Below are positions 27,018 through 34,596 of a stretch of 64,000 nt of DNA, piece after piece. Every line of letters begins with the position of its first letter. The first letter of the stretch is position 1. Both the position numbers and the translations under genes were made by a program. The stretch comes from Patescibacteria group bacterium (GTDB lineage Bacteria; Patescibacteriota; Patescibacteriia; Buchananbacterales; SURF-54): assembly GCA_018818885.1 (NCBI GenBank), contig JAHIRB010000018.1, positions 5,041 to 69,040 of the forward strand. Reading direction: 5' to 3'. The notes beneath the pieces are model-generated. The model was not told where the DNA came from. It did not search any database and saw nothing but the letters and a program-made list of their open reading frames with translations.

Positions 27018-27140
27018 TAATCAAGAACCAATAAACAAACAATGTCCAATGATCAATTTTCAATATTCAAATGCTTAGCTGTTTGTAAATTGATTATTGG
27101 GATTTAAAATTTGTTTGGAAATTGGAATTTGAAATTTGGA
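27018..27140. repeat. long imperfect inverted repeat: CCAAT-rich left arm, ATTGG/ATTTG-rich right arm
   Basis: Left arm CCAATAATCAAGAACCAATAAACAAACAATGTCCAATGATCAATTTTCAATATTCAAAT, right arm ATTTGTAAATTGATTATTGGGATTTAAAATTTGTTTGGAAATTGGAATTTGAAATTTGG. Confidence 0.3.
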
Positions 27141-27207
27141 GCTTAATTAATCATAGCTAAATTTAGTTAAATAAGCTATATTAATCAACTTTTATCCCCA
27201 CAGGGTC

Positions 27208-27236
27208 TTGACGTATTTTAATGGGTATGATAAATT
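27208..27236 (+). promoter_or_regulatory. candidate promoter TTGACG-17-TAAATT upstream of the riboswitch-like leader
   Basis: TTGACG at 27208-27213, 17-nt spacer, TAAATT at 27231-27236. The -10 element is weak. Confidence 0.35.
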
Positions 27237-27261
27237 ATGTTTAACCTTACAATTTCATAGG

Positions 27262-27400
27262 TTATTTAGAGAGCTACATGCTATCCAGCCTCTCTCGAGA
27301 AGCTGGATTAAAGGGAAATGGCCCGAAGGTAGCCAGCAACTCTCTTCGATATTATATCGGGGGCAAGAGTGCTAATTCCACCCATAAAAGGGAAAGATAA
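27262..27400 (+). promoter_or_regulatory. candidate SAM-I (S-box) riboswitch aptamer
   Basis: AAGGGAAATGGCCCGAAGGTAGCCAGCAAC matches S-box GGAGGGAcUGGCCCGAUGAAACCCGGCAACC. A P4-like hairpin CTCTTCGATATTATATCGGGGGCAAGAG follows, then an exact GUGCUAAUUCC block. The P1 helix could not be verified by hand. Confidence 0.5.
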
Positions 27401-27435
27401 CGTTGTATGTCGTGCCAAATACGATGTAGACAAAA

Positions 27436-27471
27436 AACTCTTAAAAATCTTTCTGTTTTGAGAGTTTTTTG
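27436..27471 (+). terminator. intrinsic terminator AACTCTTAAAA...TTTTGAGAGT plus T6 (riboswitch expression platform)
   Basis: 10-bp stem with one G-U pair followed by TTTTTTG. A second hairpin, GCCTTCC-TTTTG-GAAAGGC plus T-run, follows at 27493-27518. Confidence 0.5.
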
Positions 27472-27563
27472 TTTGCATCCACGATGTGAACTGCCTTCCT
27501 TTTGGAAAGGCTTTTTAATTGGGGACAAATGAACATCCACATAGATGGAAGGAGGAATCGAAA

Positions 27564-27839
27564 ATGGCAAATGCATGGAGGGAAGCACAACAGGCGCTTG
27601 AAACAGAACTCAAGAAAGCTCAAAAAAAGGGCATAGCACGAGGAAAGACCATCCGTGATTTTGTGATCATGGTTGATGGTGACCAGCTCTGCCTGGGCGT
27701 GCTTACCGGTAAATTGCTCAACAATGAGAGAGAAGTAAAGAGGTACCCTGACATTGAAGGGATTAAGAATGAAGTCAGTTCAGAGTCTTACCCTACAGAT
27801 GGGGTACGGTTTATGTCCATGGCTGGTTACGACGTTTAA
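27564..27839 (+). CDS. small protein of the SD-bearing small-ORF class, downstream of the SAM-I-like leader
   Basis: 91 aa. GGAAGGAGGA SD 8 nt upstream of the ATG. GC-richer. Its own strong terminator follows. Confidence 0.5.
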   Translation: MANAWREAQQALETELKKAQKKGIARGKTIRDFVIMVDGDQLCLGVLTGKLLNNEREVKRYPDIEGIKNEVSSESYPTDGVRFMSMAGYDV

Positions 27840-27857
27840 CGAGCAATGACGTCTGGC

Positions 27858-27896
27858 GGGGAGTTAGTCTTTTTAAGACTCCCCACCTTTTTTTTA
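27858..27896 (+). terminator. intrinsic terminator GGGGAGTTAGTCTTTTTAAGACTCCCC plus T8
   Basis: Perfect nested hairpin followed by ACCTTTTTTTT. Confidence 0.55.
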
Positions 27897-27924
27897 CTAG
27901 CTCTGTTGTTCGTAAAGACAAAGC

Positions 27925-27953
27925 TTGACATCAATAAAACATTGTGATATGAT
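27925..27953 (+). promoter_or_regulatory. consensus sigma70 promoter TTGACA-17-TATGAT for rny (leader of about 200 nt)
   Basis: TTGACA at 27925-27930, TATGAT at 27948-27953. Confidence 0.5.
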
Positions 27954-28158
27954 GCAATAAGCTTAATAAAAATTAAACTAGGAAATATTGAGAAAATAAG
28001 CGAATAGCTAGATTTCACTAGAAATTGTATAGCAATTACTTAAAAAATTTAATTCCGTTGCATATAAAACGCAAAAAATTAGAAAAACTCAGCAGACAAC
28101 AAAGAAAACATATAGTTTTTTAATTTCGCTACTTCTCTTTTCCTTTTGAGGAAAAAAC

Positions 28159-29688
28159 ATGGATACAATTAATGTTTGGCCTTTCGCGCTAGCGGTGGGC
28201 ATTATAACCGGTTTGATCACTGGTTTTTATTTACGTAAAGTAATTGTAGTAAAAAGAAAAGATTCAATTGAGCGCAAAATTCAAAACATGATTCAAGAAG
28301 CCAAGGCTAAGCAAAAAGAAATTTTGCTTGAGGCTAACGACAAGGCTTTAAAGTTTATAGAAGATGCTAAAGGAGAAATTCGTGCCAGGCAGCAAGATTT
28401 ACAAAGTTCACAAAGAAGATTCGAACAAAGAGAAGGTCTATTTGACCAAAAACTTATTGAGCTTGAATCTAAAAAGCAAGAACTTTTAGATAAAGCAGAA
28501 AAAATAGAGGACATCAAAAAACAAGTAATAAAAATTAAAGAAGAGCAAACTACTAAATTAGAAAAAATTGCAGCTTTAAGCAAAGCAGAAGCTAAGGAAC
28601 TTTTACTTGAAAATGTTGAAAAAGAATCAAAAGAAGATATTTTGCAGCGTATTAAGAAATTAACCCAACAAGGTTCCGAAGAACTTGAACGTAAAGCCAA
28701 AGAAATGCTTTCTACGGTAATTGAGCGTGTTGCTATTTCTCATGCAACAGAAAGTACAGCTACTGTAGTTGATCTACCATCAGACGAAATGAAGGGACGT
28801 ATCATTGGACGTGAAGGAAGAAACATCAAATCATTCGAACAACAAACAGGAGTTGAAATTATCGTAGACGATACCCCCCAAGCCATTACAATTTCTGGCT
28901 TTTCTCCAATTAGACGTCATGTAGCAAAAAAAGCATTAGAGAAATTAATACAAGATGGAAGAATTCACCCAGCAAGAATAGAAGAAACAATAGCAGAAGC
29001 TAAACAAGAAATTGCACTGGCAATCAAAAAAGCAGGTGAAGACGCACTCTACGATGTTGGTGTTACTGGTATTGATCCTAAATTAGTCCAAATTTTAGGT
29101 CGCTTGATGTATCGTACAAGTTACGGACAAAATATCTTGCAGCATTCAATTGAAATTGCGCACCTTTCAACTTTACTGGCAGAACTACTTGGAGCAGATG
29201 TTACATTAGCAAAAAAGGGCGGGCTTTTTCATGACATTGGTAAAGCTGTAGATCACGAAGTTCAAGGCGGTCACCCAGAAATTGGCTATGATATTTTAAA
29301 GAAATTTGATATGCCAGAAGAAGTAGCCTATTGCGCCAAAGGACATCACGAAGATCATCCAAAAACTCTAGAAGCAGTTATAGTTAAGGTAGCAGATGCA
29401 ATTTCTGGTGCACGTCCAGGAGCACGAAAAGATACTTACGAAAACTATTTGCAGCGTTTGGAAGAACTAGAAAAAGTTGCAACTTCGTTTGATGGTGTAG
29501 AAAAATCATATGCTATTCAAGCAGGGCGTGAAATTAGAGTATTTGTAGTGCCAGAGGAAATTGATGATTTAGAAGCAGTAAAGTTAGCACAAAACATTGC
29601 TAAAAAAATTGAAGCAGAATTAAAATATCCAGGTGAAATAAAAGTTAATGTAATACGCGAAAAACGTATCGTGGAGTACGCGAGGTAA
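28159..29688 (+). CDS. rny: ribonuclease Y
   Basis: N-terminal TM, coiled coil, KH domain (GRIIGREGRNIKSFE) and HD domain (HSIEIAHL...FHDIGK). 509 aa. Confidence 0.9.
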   Translation: MDTINVWPFALAVGIITGLITGFYLRKVIVVKRKDSIERKIQNMIQEAKAKQKEILLEANDKALKFIEDAKGEIRARQQDLQSSQRRFEQREGLFDQKLIELESKKQELLDKAEKIEDIKKQVIKIKEEQTTKLEKIAALSKAEAKELLLENVEKESKEDILQRIKKLTQQGSEELERKAKEMLSTVIERVAISHATESTATVVDLPSDEMKGRIIGREGRNIKSFEQQTGVEIIVDDTPQAITISGFSPIRRHVAKKALEKLIQDGRIHPARIEETIAEAKQEIALAIKKAGEDALYDVGVTGIDPKLVQILGRLMYRTSYGQNILQHSIEIAHLSTLLAELLGADVTLAKKGGLFHDIGKAVDHEVQGGHPEIGYDILKKFDMPEEVAYCAKGHHEDHPKTLEAVIVKVADAISGARPGARKDTYENYLQRLEELEKVATSFDGVEKSYAIQAGREIRVFVVPEEIDDLEAVKLAQNIAKKIEAELKYPGEIKVNVIREKRIVEYAR

Positions 29689-29770
29689 ATTACGAATTAC
29701 CAATCAATACGAATATACGAATAGATAATACGTAATTTGTATATTAGTTTAAATTCGTAATTGGTATTAA
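29689..29770. repeat. palindromic intergenic repeat, copy B (AATTACGAATTACCAATCAATACGAATATACGAAT ... ATTTGTATATT...AATTCGTAATTGGTAT)
   Basis: Same arm sequences as copies A and C. Lies between rny and the YmdB-like gene. Confidence 0.6.
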
Positions 29771-29792
29771 GAATTATGTAATTAATTAAAAT

Positions 29793-30590
29793 ATGAGAAT
29801 TTTATTCTTTGGTGATGTGGTAGGAAAAATTGGTAGGCGTGGGATGAAAGAAGTTGCGTCACAACTAAAAGAAGAATTAAAAGCAGATTTTGTAATTGCG
29901 AATGTAGAAAACTTAGCGCATGGTACGGGAGTTACAAAAAAGACATTAAAGCAACTAGAAGATGCTGGAGTAGATTTTTTTACCTCTGGAAATCACATTT
30001 GGAAAAAAGAAGAAGCAAAAGAAATACTGGTAGAACAAAAAGTAAAATTAATTAGGCCGGATAATTATATCGAAAAACTTCCAGGAACAGGTGCAACAAT
30101 TATTGAAATAAAAAAGAAAAAAGTGTTAATGGTCAATTTAGTAGGACAGGCGTTTATGCACGAGGAGTTTAACAGTCCGTTTGTTGCAATAGATAATATC
30201 TTAGAAAAATATCAAAAAGACAAACCAGACATTATCATTATAGACTTTCATGCAGAAGCAACTTCGGAAAAAAATGCTTTAGGTTGGCATGTAGATGGTA
30301 GAGTATCAGCAATTGTTGGCACTCACACCCATGTTCCCACAGCAGATGCTAAGATATTAACTAATGGCACAGGATATATAACTGATGTAGGTATGGTTGG
30401 AGCAAAAAATTCAATCATAGGTGGCAACAAAGATGAAATTTTAGAGAGTTTTTTAAGCGGGGATCCGTTTAGCCATAACATCGCAGAAACCGGTGTGTGC
30501 CAAGTCAACGCTGTGCTTATAACAATAGATGCCAAGACATCAAAAACTAAAAAGATTGAAAGAGTAGACAGAGAAGTAGAAATTTGCTAA
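29793..30590 (+). CDS. ymdB: YmdB-like 2',3'-cyclic-nucleotide phosphodiesterase / metallophosphoesterase (TIGR00282)
   Basis: MRILFFGDVVGKIGR...ANVENLAHGTG and a conserved rny-ymdB neighbourhood. Confidence 0.8.
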   Translation: MRILFFGDVVGKIGRRGMKEVASQLKEELKADFVIANVENLAHGTGVTKKTLKQLEDAGVDFFTSGNHIWKKEEAKEILVEQKVKLIRPDNYIEKLPGTGATIIEIKKKKVLMVNLVGQAFMHEEFNSPFVAIDNILEKYQKDKPDIIIIDFHAEATSEKNALGWHVDGRVSAIVGTHTHVPTADAKILTNGTGYITDVGMVGAKNSIIGGNKDEILESFLSGDPFSHNIAETGVCQVNAVLITIDAKTSKTKKIERVDREVEIC

Positions 30591-30643
30591 AATTACACTA
30601 TCTTAAATTAATCATAAAAACCCTTTGAAGGGAGGTGGTAAAC

Positions 30644-30985
30644 ATGAACAAAGACGAGTTAAGCAATTCTTTAGCTGATAAAATTGGTATAACCAAAAAA
30701 CAGGCTTTAGATGCTCTAGATTACTTAACTGAAACAATTACAAGCACCATTAAAGATGGTGGCGATGTTACCTTGACTGGCTTTGGTACTTTTTCAGCAC
30801 GCCAAAGAAAGGGTCGTATTGGAGTAAATCCTCGTAATATTTCAGAAAAAATTGAAATTCCGTCAGTTTTAGTAGCAAAATTCAAAGCTGGAAAAAATTT
30901 AAAGGAAGCTTTGAAATCAAGTGGTTCTAGTAGTTCAGAAAGCGTATCCGAAAGTACCGAAGAGGCTTCCCCAACAGAAGAGTAA
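30644..30985 (+). CDS. hup: DNA-binding protein HU with a Ser/Glu-rich C-terminal extension
   Basis: MNKDELSNSLADKIGITKKQA...GFGTFSARQRKGRIGVNPRN HU/IHF signature. Strong GGAGG SD 8 nt upstream, so start set at 30644 rather than 30635. Confidence 0.85.
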   Translation: MNKDELSNSLADKIGITKKQALDALDYLTETITSTIKDGGDVTLTGFGTFSARQRKGRIGVNPRNISEKIEIPSVLVAKFKAGKNLKEALKSSGSSSSESVSESTEEASPTEE

Positions 30986-31023
30986 TCACATTGATATACA
31001 TCCCTTGGACCTTGGGATAAACA

Positions 31024-31055
31024 AAAACCCCATACATCTTAAAGAGGGGTTTTTG
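31024..31055 (+). terminator. intrinsic terminator ACCCCATACATCTTAAAGAGGGGT plus T-run
   Basis: CCCC(T)/(A)GGGG stem followed by TTTTTG. Confidence 0.45.
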
Positions 31056-31122
31056 TATTGGTTGAAATTAAATTAATATTTTGTTACAGTAGTAAAGTAG
31101 TTATATAAATAAAACATAATTT

Positions 31123-31863
31123 ATGGAAGCAAAAAAAATAAAACAAATTATCAAAGATAAATATGGCAAAATTGCTAATTCGAATGCCGGTTGTGGCTGC
31201 CAATGCAGATGTAATGATAGCGAAGATATTTCGAAAGAGATTGGATATAGCCAAGAAGAAATTAACAATGTGCCAGAAGCAAACCTAGGCCTTGGTTGCG
31301 GTAATCCCATAGCACATAGTCGAATAAAAGAAGGTGATGTAGTGCTAGATTTGGGAAGTGGAGCAGGATTTGATTCTTTTTTGGCAGCAAAAAAAGTAGG
31401 TCCAGCCGGAAAAGTCATCGGAGTCGATATGACACAAGAAATGCTAAATAAAGCTAAAGCGAACGCCAAAAAGTATAATTATGATAACGTAGAGTTTAGG
31501 CTTGGTGATATCGAAGATCTGTCAGTTGAAGATAATATGATAGATGTTATCATTACTAACTGCGTAATTAATTTAGCACCAGACAAACTAAAAGTTTTCA
31601 AAGAAGCTTACAGAGTATTAAAAAAAGGTGGCAGAATGTATATTTCTGATATTGTGTTACTTAAGCAATTAACCCAAGAACAACGAGATAACGAAGAGCT
31701 GGTAACGGGTTGTATTGGGGGTGCAATGCTAAAAGATGAATATATAGAAACAATTAAAAAGTCAGGCTTTGAAGTCAACGTATTAAACGAAGATAAGGAT
31801 ATTAGCAAAAAACAATATCAAGGTTTACCGCTTGTGAGTTTATCCATAGAAGCAATCAAGTAA
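31123..31863 (+). CDS. arsM: arsenite S-adenosylmethionine methyltransferase
   Basis: Three conserved Cys (CGCQC...C) and a class-I SAM motif. LGCGNP...VLDLGSGAGFD...GVDMT...NCVINLAPDK matches the ArsM consensus. Confidence 0.85.
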   Translation: MEAKKIKQIIKDKYGKIANSNAGCGCQCRCNDSEDISKEIGYSQEEINNVPEANLGLGCGNPIAHSRIKEGDVVLDLGSGAGFDSFLAAKKVGPAGKVIGVDMTQEMLNKAKANAKKYNYDNVEFRLGDIEDLSVEDNMIDVIITNCVINLAPDKLKVFKEAYRVLKKGGRMYISDIVLLKQLTQEQRDNEELVTGCIGGAMLKDEYIETIKKSGFEVNVLNEDKDISKKQYQGLPLVSLSIEAIK

Positions 31864-31875
31864 AGCAAGATAACA

Positions 31876-31907
31876 AAAAAACTTCTCAGTAAATGAGAGG
31901 TTTTTTG
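31876..31907 (+). terminator. intrinsic terminator CTCTCA-GTAAA-TGAGAG plus T6
   Basis: A-run, 6-bp stem, then GGTTTTTTG. Confidence 0.5.
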
Positions 31908-31984
31908 AATGCCCTTATTTTTGTAAAATCTACGGGAAGAAAGACTTTTTATTAGTATAGCAATTATTGAATATAATGAAAATT

Positions 31985-32752
31985 TTATTTATAAGGCTTT
32001 GATAATTTCCAAATCGAATCAAATTGTGTTTTCATCATTTCAGCCAGTTCAGCACTTTCTACTAGAAAACCAAAATTTTCTTTACTTGAAGAAATAAATC
32101 GTACACTATTACCATAAATTGCATAGCCGAGCGAGAAATCTACTTCGGCTGGAGCAATTTTTGCATCTCTTTTGGATTCGGTTCCTGTTTTAGAATAGGG
32201 ATATTTTTTTATTGAAGAAATTTCGTTTTGCGGCCAAATTACTTTTATATTAATGTTTCGTTTTACTCTTTCTTTATGAAAAGATGTTAAGAATTCACCT
32301 GAGAGTAGTTTATTTAATTTTATAACAGGCCAGTATGCATAGACAGTTATATCTCTAAACAATAACATATCTTTCATCATCTGCTGTAATTCTTTCTTCC
32401 CCTCATAAATTTGCATTCTTGGTTTAGAAGATGTTTTTTGAGATAAATATTCTGATTGTAATATGTCCAAAGCAATTTTGGCTTTTTTTAATTCTTTTTC
32501 TTTTTCTTCAATTAGTAAATGTAGTTTTTCTGGTGGACAAGCAGCAAACATCTTTACACCACCTTTTTGCGTTTCAAAAACTATACCAATTTCGATTAGC
32601 CTTTCTAACAAATCATAAACTGAAGTTCTGCTAATTTCAGATTGTTTAGCTAGTTGAGTAGCAGACATTTGCCCGCCGTAAAAAAGTTTTTGGTATAAAT
32701 CAAGTTCAATTTTTCTTAAGTTGAATATTGAGAGTAGAGTTGCTATTTTCAT
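31985..32752 (-). CDS. TrmB-family transcriptional regulator (paralog 2)
   Basis: N-terminal wHTH LDLYQKLFYGGQMSATQLAKQSEISRTSVYDLLERLIEIGIV. 255 aa. Convergent with arsM and divergent from the small Cys-rich ORFs. Confidence 0.7.
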   Translation of the reverse strand: MKIATLLSIFNLRKIELDLYQKLFYGGQMSATQLAKQSEISRTSVYDLLERLIEIGIVFETQKGGVKMFAACPPEKLHLLIEEKEKELKKAKIALDILQSEYLSQKTSSKPRMQIYEGKKELQQMMKDMLLFRDITVYAYWPVIKLNKLLSGEFLTSFHKERVKRNINIKVIWPQNEISSIKKYPYSKTGTESKRDAKIAPAEVDFSLGYAIYGNSVRFISSSKENFGFLVESAELAEMMKTQFDSIWKLSKPYK

Positions 32753-32763
32753 ATATTTTAATG

Positions 32764-32786
32764 ATGTCGTGGAATTGTCACGACAT
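32764..32786. promoter_or_regulatory. 8-bp-arm palindrome ATGTCGTG-N7-CACGACAT in the divergent promoter region (candidate operator)
   Basis: Perfect dyad between TrmB paralog 2 and ORF 32870. Confidence 0.3.
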
Positions 32787-32788
32787 AG

Positions 32789-32817
32789 TTTACAATATCA
32801 CAATTAAACATTAAAGT
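32789..32817 (+). promoter_or_regulatory. candidate promoter TTTACA-17-TAAAGT
   Basis: TTTACA at 32789-32794, TAAAGT at 32812-32817. Confidence 0.3.
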
Positions 32818-32869
32818 CAAGAGTTGAACGTTGACAATTGGTTGAGTGGTAAAGGGAGGTATGTATATT

Positions 32870-33130
32870 ATGTACAAAACAATAGGGGCTTCATTATTAG
32901 CATTTCAAATGGGTATGGTGTTTAATGTCGAACTGTTTCATAAAAAGACAGGAGTGTGGCTTGATAGTCTTGAACAAATCGATGAATACCGATCCGGACT
33001 GAAAGTTGAGGAAAGATGTTACTTCGACGTATTCGTAATCCAGAAGAGAGCTCAAATTGATGTGTTAGGACTTGAAGAAGACGAAGTGAAAAAAGTTTTT
33101 CAAGTCATAAAGGCTTGTTTTTCAAAATAA
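32870..33130 (+). CDS. small protein of the SD-bearing small-ORF class
   Basis: GGGAGG SD at 32854-32859. The ATG at 32870 has the best spacing; the ORF track's longer 32846 start was rejected. About 86 aa. Confidence 0.4.
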   Translation: MYKTIGASLLAFQMGMVFNVELFHKKTGVWLDSLEQIDEYRSGLKVEERCYFDVFVIQKRAQIDVLGLEEDEVKKVFQVIKACFSK

Positions 33131-33181
33131 CTTCTCAAATAATTGTTTTAGGACGAAGTGAATGAAAATGGAGATGATAAA

Positions 33182-33610
33182 ATGCCAAAGAAGGAGTCAA
33201 AGTTTAAGGACTGGGGCGTACAACCACATCAGGGTATGAGACACAATTGGGACGTAACTAGTTGCCCACATTGTAATCATGATTTTAATCAATATAGGAT
33301 GTTGTATTGTAGATTCATAGTAGGATTCACTACGAAAGAAGAATATAGAAGGCCTACATACGATGGGACAAAAATTGTAGGATTTTATGCAGAGGGAGCT
33401 GTTATTTTAGAATGTCCAAAATGTTTTGAGCATTCATGGATTCACAGTTGTGGCACTACCAGGCAGTTATTTGATGCGACAGAAGATGACGATAATTTCC
33501 TTTTAGTCCCTGGAGCAAAGGAGGCTTTTTTGAGAAGTGTAAAGAAAAAGTCGAAAAAGAAACCGACCAAAAAAAAGCTAAAGAAAAAATTGGTTAAGAA
33601 GAAGAATTAA
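33182..33610 (+). CDS. zinc-ribbon small protein with a Lys-rich tail (SD-bearing small-ORF class)
   Basis: CPHCNH...CPKC four-Cys ribbon and a C-terminal KKKSKKKPTKKKLKKKLVKKK. GGAGA SD 7 nt before ATG 33182; a GTG start at 33158 is also possible. Confidence 0.45.
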   Translation: MPKKESKFKDWGVQPHQGMRHNWDVTSCPHCNHDFNQYRMLYCRFIVGFTTKEEYRRPTYDGTKIVGFYAEGAVILECPKCFEHSWIHSCGTTRQLFDATEDDDNFLLVPGAKEAFLRSVKKKSKKKPTKKKLKKKLVKKKN

Positions 33611-33619
33611 ATCTATATA

Positions 33620-33651
33620 CCGCCTGAAAAGTAATATCAGGCGGTTTTTTA
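33620..33651 (+). terminator. intrinsic terminator CCGCCTG-AAAAGTAATAT-CAGGCGG plus T6
   Basis: Perfect 7-bp GC stem and TTTTTT. Confidence 0.55.
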
Positions 33652-33662
33652 TATCCAAAAAA

Positions 33663-33687
33663 CTGTCCAATTAGGACAGCTCTTTTT
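33663..33687 (+). terminator. second tandem terminator CTGTCC-AATTA-GGACAG plus CTCTTTTT
   Basis: 6-bp stem followed by a T-run. Confidence 0.45.
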
Positions 33688-33693
33688 ATCTAA

Positions 33694-33835
33694 GATGCGC
33701 GCAGAGGGACCCCCTTCGATTTACTCAGGGTAAGCGAACCCCCGCCTGTCCTCCGAATCCACCTCCGGCGGAGTAGGAGGAACCGTTTGCTTAACCCCGT
33801 ACAATGCTCGCGTGAGCTCGCATATACGGGGCAAG
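33694..33835. other. GC-rich hairpin cluster adjacent to tRNA-Lys
   Basis: Hairpins CTCCGGCGGAG, TCCTCC..GGAGGA and CCCCGTA...TACGGGG. Shares short GC modules with the other GC islands in the window. Confidence 0.3.
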
Positions 33836-33858
33836 GAGTCAACAATTTTTCATTTCTT

Positions 33859-33932
33859 TGCGCCCAGAGGGATTTGAACCCCCGACCATTTGCTTAAGAG
33901 GCAACTGCTCTACCAGCCTGAGCTATGGGCGC
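33859..33932 (-). tRNA. tRNA-Lys (anticodon CTT)
   Basis: rc GCGCCCA-TA-GCTCAGGCTGGTAGAGC-A-GTTGC-CTCTTAA-GCAAA-TGGTC-GGGGG-TTCAAAT-CCCTC-TGGGCGC-A. Folded by hand. Confidence 0.75.
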
Positions 33933-34009
33933 ATAATTAATGTGATTAATAGTTATGTAGATATTTTGGGTTGAGTGTACAAATGATAAACGATGAAAAA
34001 TAAAATAAT

Positions 34010-34038
34010 GCGGGTCTACCAGGCTGAGCTATGGGCGC
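34010..34038 (-). pseudogene. truncated 5' fragment of tRNA-Lys (acceptor plus D-arm only)
   Basis: rc GCGCCCATAGCTCAGCCTGGTAGACCCGC, about 90% identical to the 5' 27 nt of tRNA-Lys and lying 5'-upstream of it. Confidence 0.4.
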
Positions 34039-34064
34039 ATATTTAAGAGGACTATTATTATAAG

Positions 34065-34137
34065 CGCGCCCGGTAGGAGTCGAACCTACAACCCCTTGGT
34101 CCGAAGCCAAGTGCTCTATCCATTAAGCTACGGGCGC
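34065..34137 (-). tRNA. tRNA-Arg (anticodon TCG)
   Basis: rc GCGCCCG-TA-GCTTAATGGATAGAGC-A-CTTGG-CTTCGGA-CCAAG-GGGTT-GTAGG-TTCGACT-CCTAC-CGGGCGC-G. Folded by hand. Confidence 0.75.
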
Positions 34138-34143
34138 ATAAAT

Positions 34144-34410
34144 TTATTTTTTTAATGAATTTTTTATTCTTACTTTTAAGAATTCTCTTTGTTGACCTTT
34201 ATTTTTTATCTCTAACTCACGTTTCCTAGCATCTGTTTTAGAAATATATGCTTCATAGTAAACAAGTGATAATGGCCTTCTGCTTTTAGTTGATTTCACT
34301 TTGCCAGTATTATGATCGACTACTCGTTTTTTAAGATCTCCACTTATACCATAATATAGTTCATTATCCAACTTACTTTTTAAGACATAGAAATAATATA
34401 TATTAAACAT
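34144..34410 (-). CDS. GIY-YIG nuclease-domain protein (YhbQ/UPF0213-like)
   Basis: 88 aa. YYFYVLKSKLDNELYYGISGDLKKRVVDHNTGK..STKSRRPLSLVYYEAY matches the GIY-YIG consensus. Confidence 0.75.
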   Translation of the reverse strand: MFNIYYFYVLKSKLDNELYYGISGDLKKRVVDHNTGKVKSTKSRRPLSLVYYEAYISKTDARKRELEIKNKGQQREFLKVRIKNSLKK

Positions 34411-34454
34411 TTATTCATTTGGTCCGCCCGCCTGCGGCGGGTCCGCCGTAGGCG

Positions 34455-34488
34455 GAAAGCCAAGCGCTCTATCCAGTTGTCCCGACGC
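34455..34488 (-). pseudogene. degenerate tRNA-Arg-like D-arm-region fragment upstream of the GIY-YIG gene
   Basis: GAAAGCCAAGCGCTCTATCCAGTTGTCCCGACGC versus tRNA-Arg GAAGCCAAGTGCTCTATCCATTAAGCTACGGGCGC. Embedded in GC-rich hairpins (CCGCCTGCGGCGG). Confidence 0.3.
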
Positions 34489-34596
34489 AAGGTCGGGATC
34501 CCGACTTCAATATAAAAATATTATATCGTCGGGAAGCTACAGGTGCAAAAAAGTATTACGTAATATATCATATTATACAAAATAAATCAAGAAGAC

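Noticed and set aside
27352-27623. Minus-strand ORFs 27352-27588 and 27441-27623
   Set aside because: They span the riboswitch-like leader and terminator. The plus-strand gene with SD at 27564 explains the region.
33694-33835. tmRNA, RNase P, SRP or 6S RNA identity for the GC-rich islands here and at 15998-16200 and 21735-21899
   Set aside because: No conserved core motifs of those RNAs were found, for example GGAAAGUCCGG, the tmRNA tag region with a CCA-ending tRNA-like domain, or SRP domain IV. The weak resemblance to GGGGGTTCG is not in a valid T-arm context.
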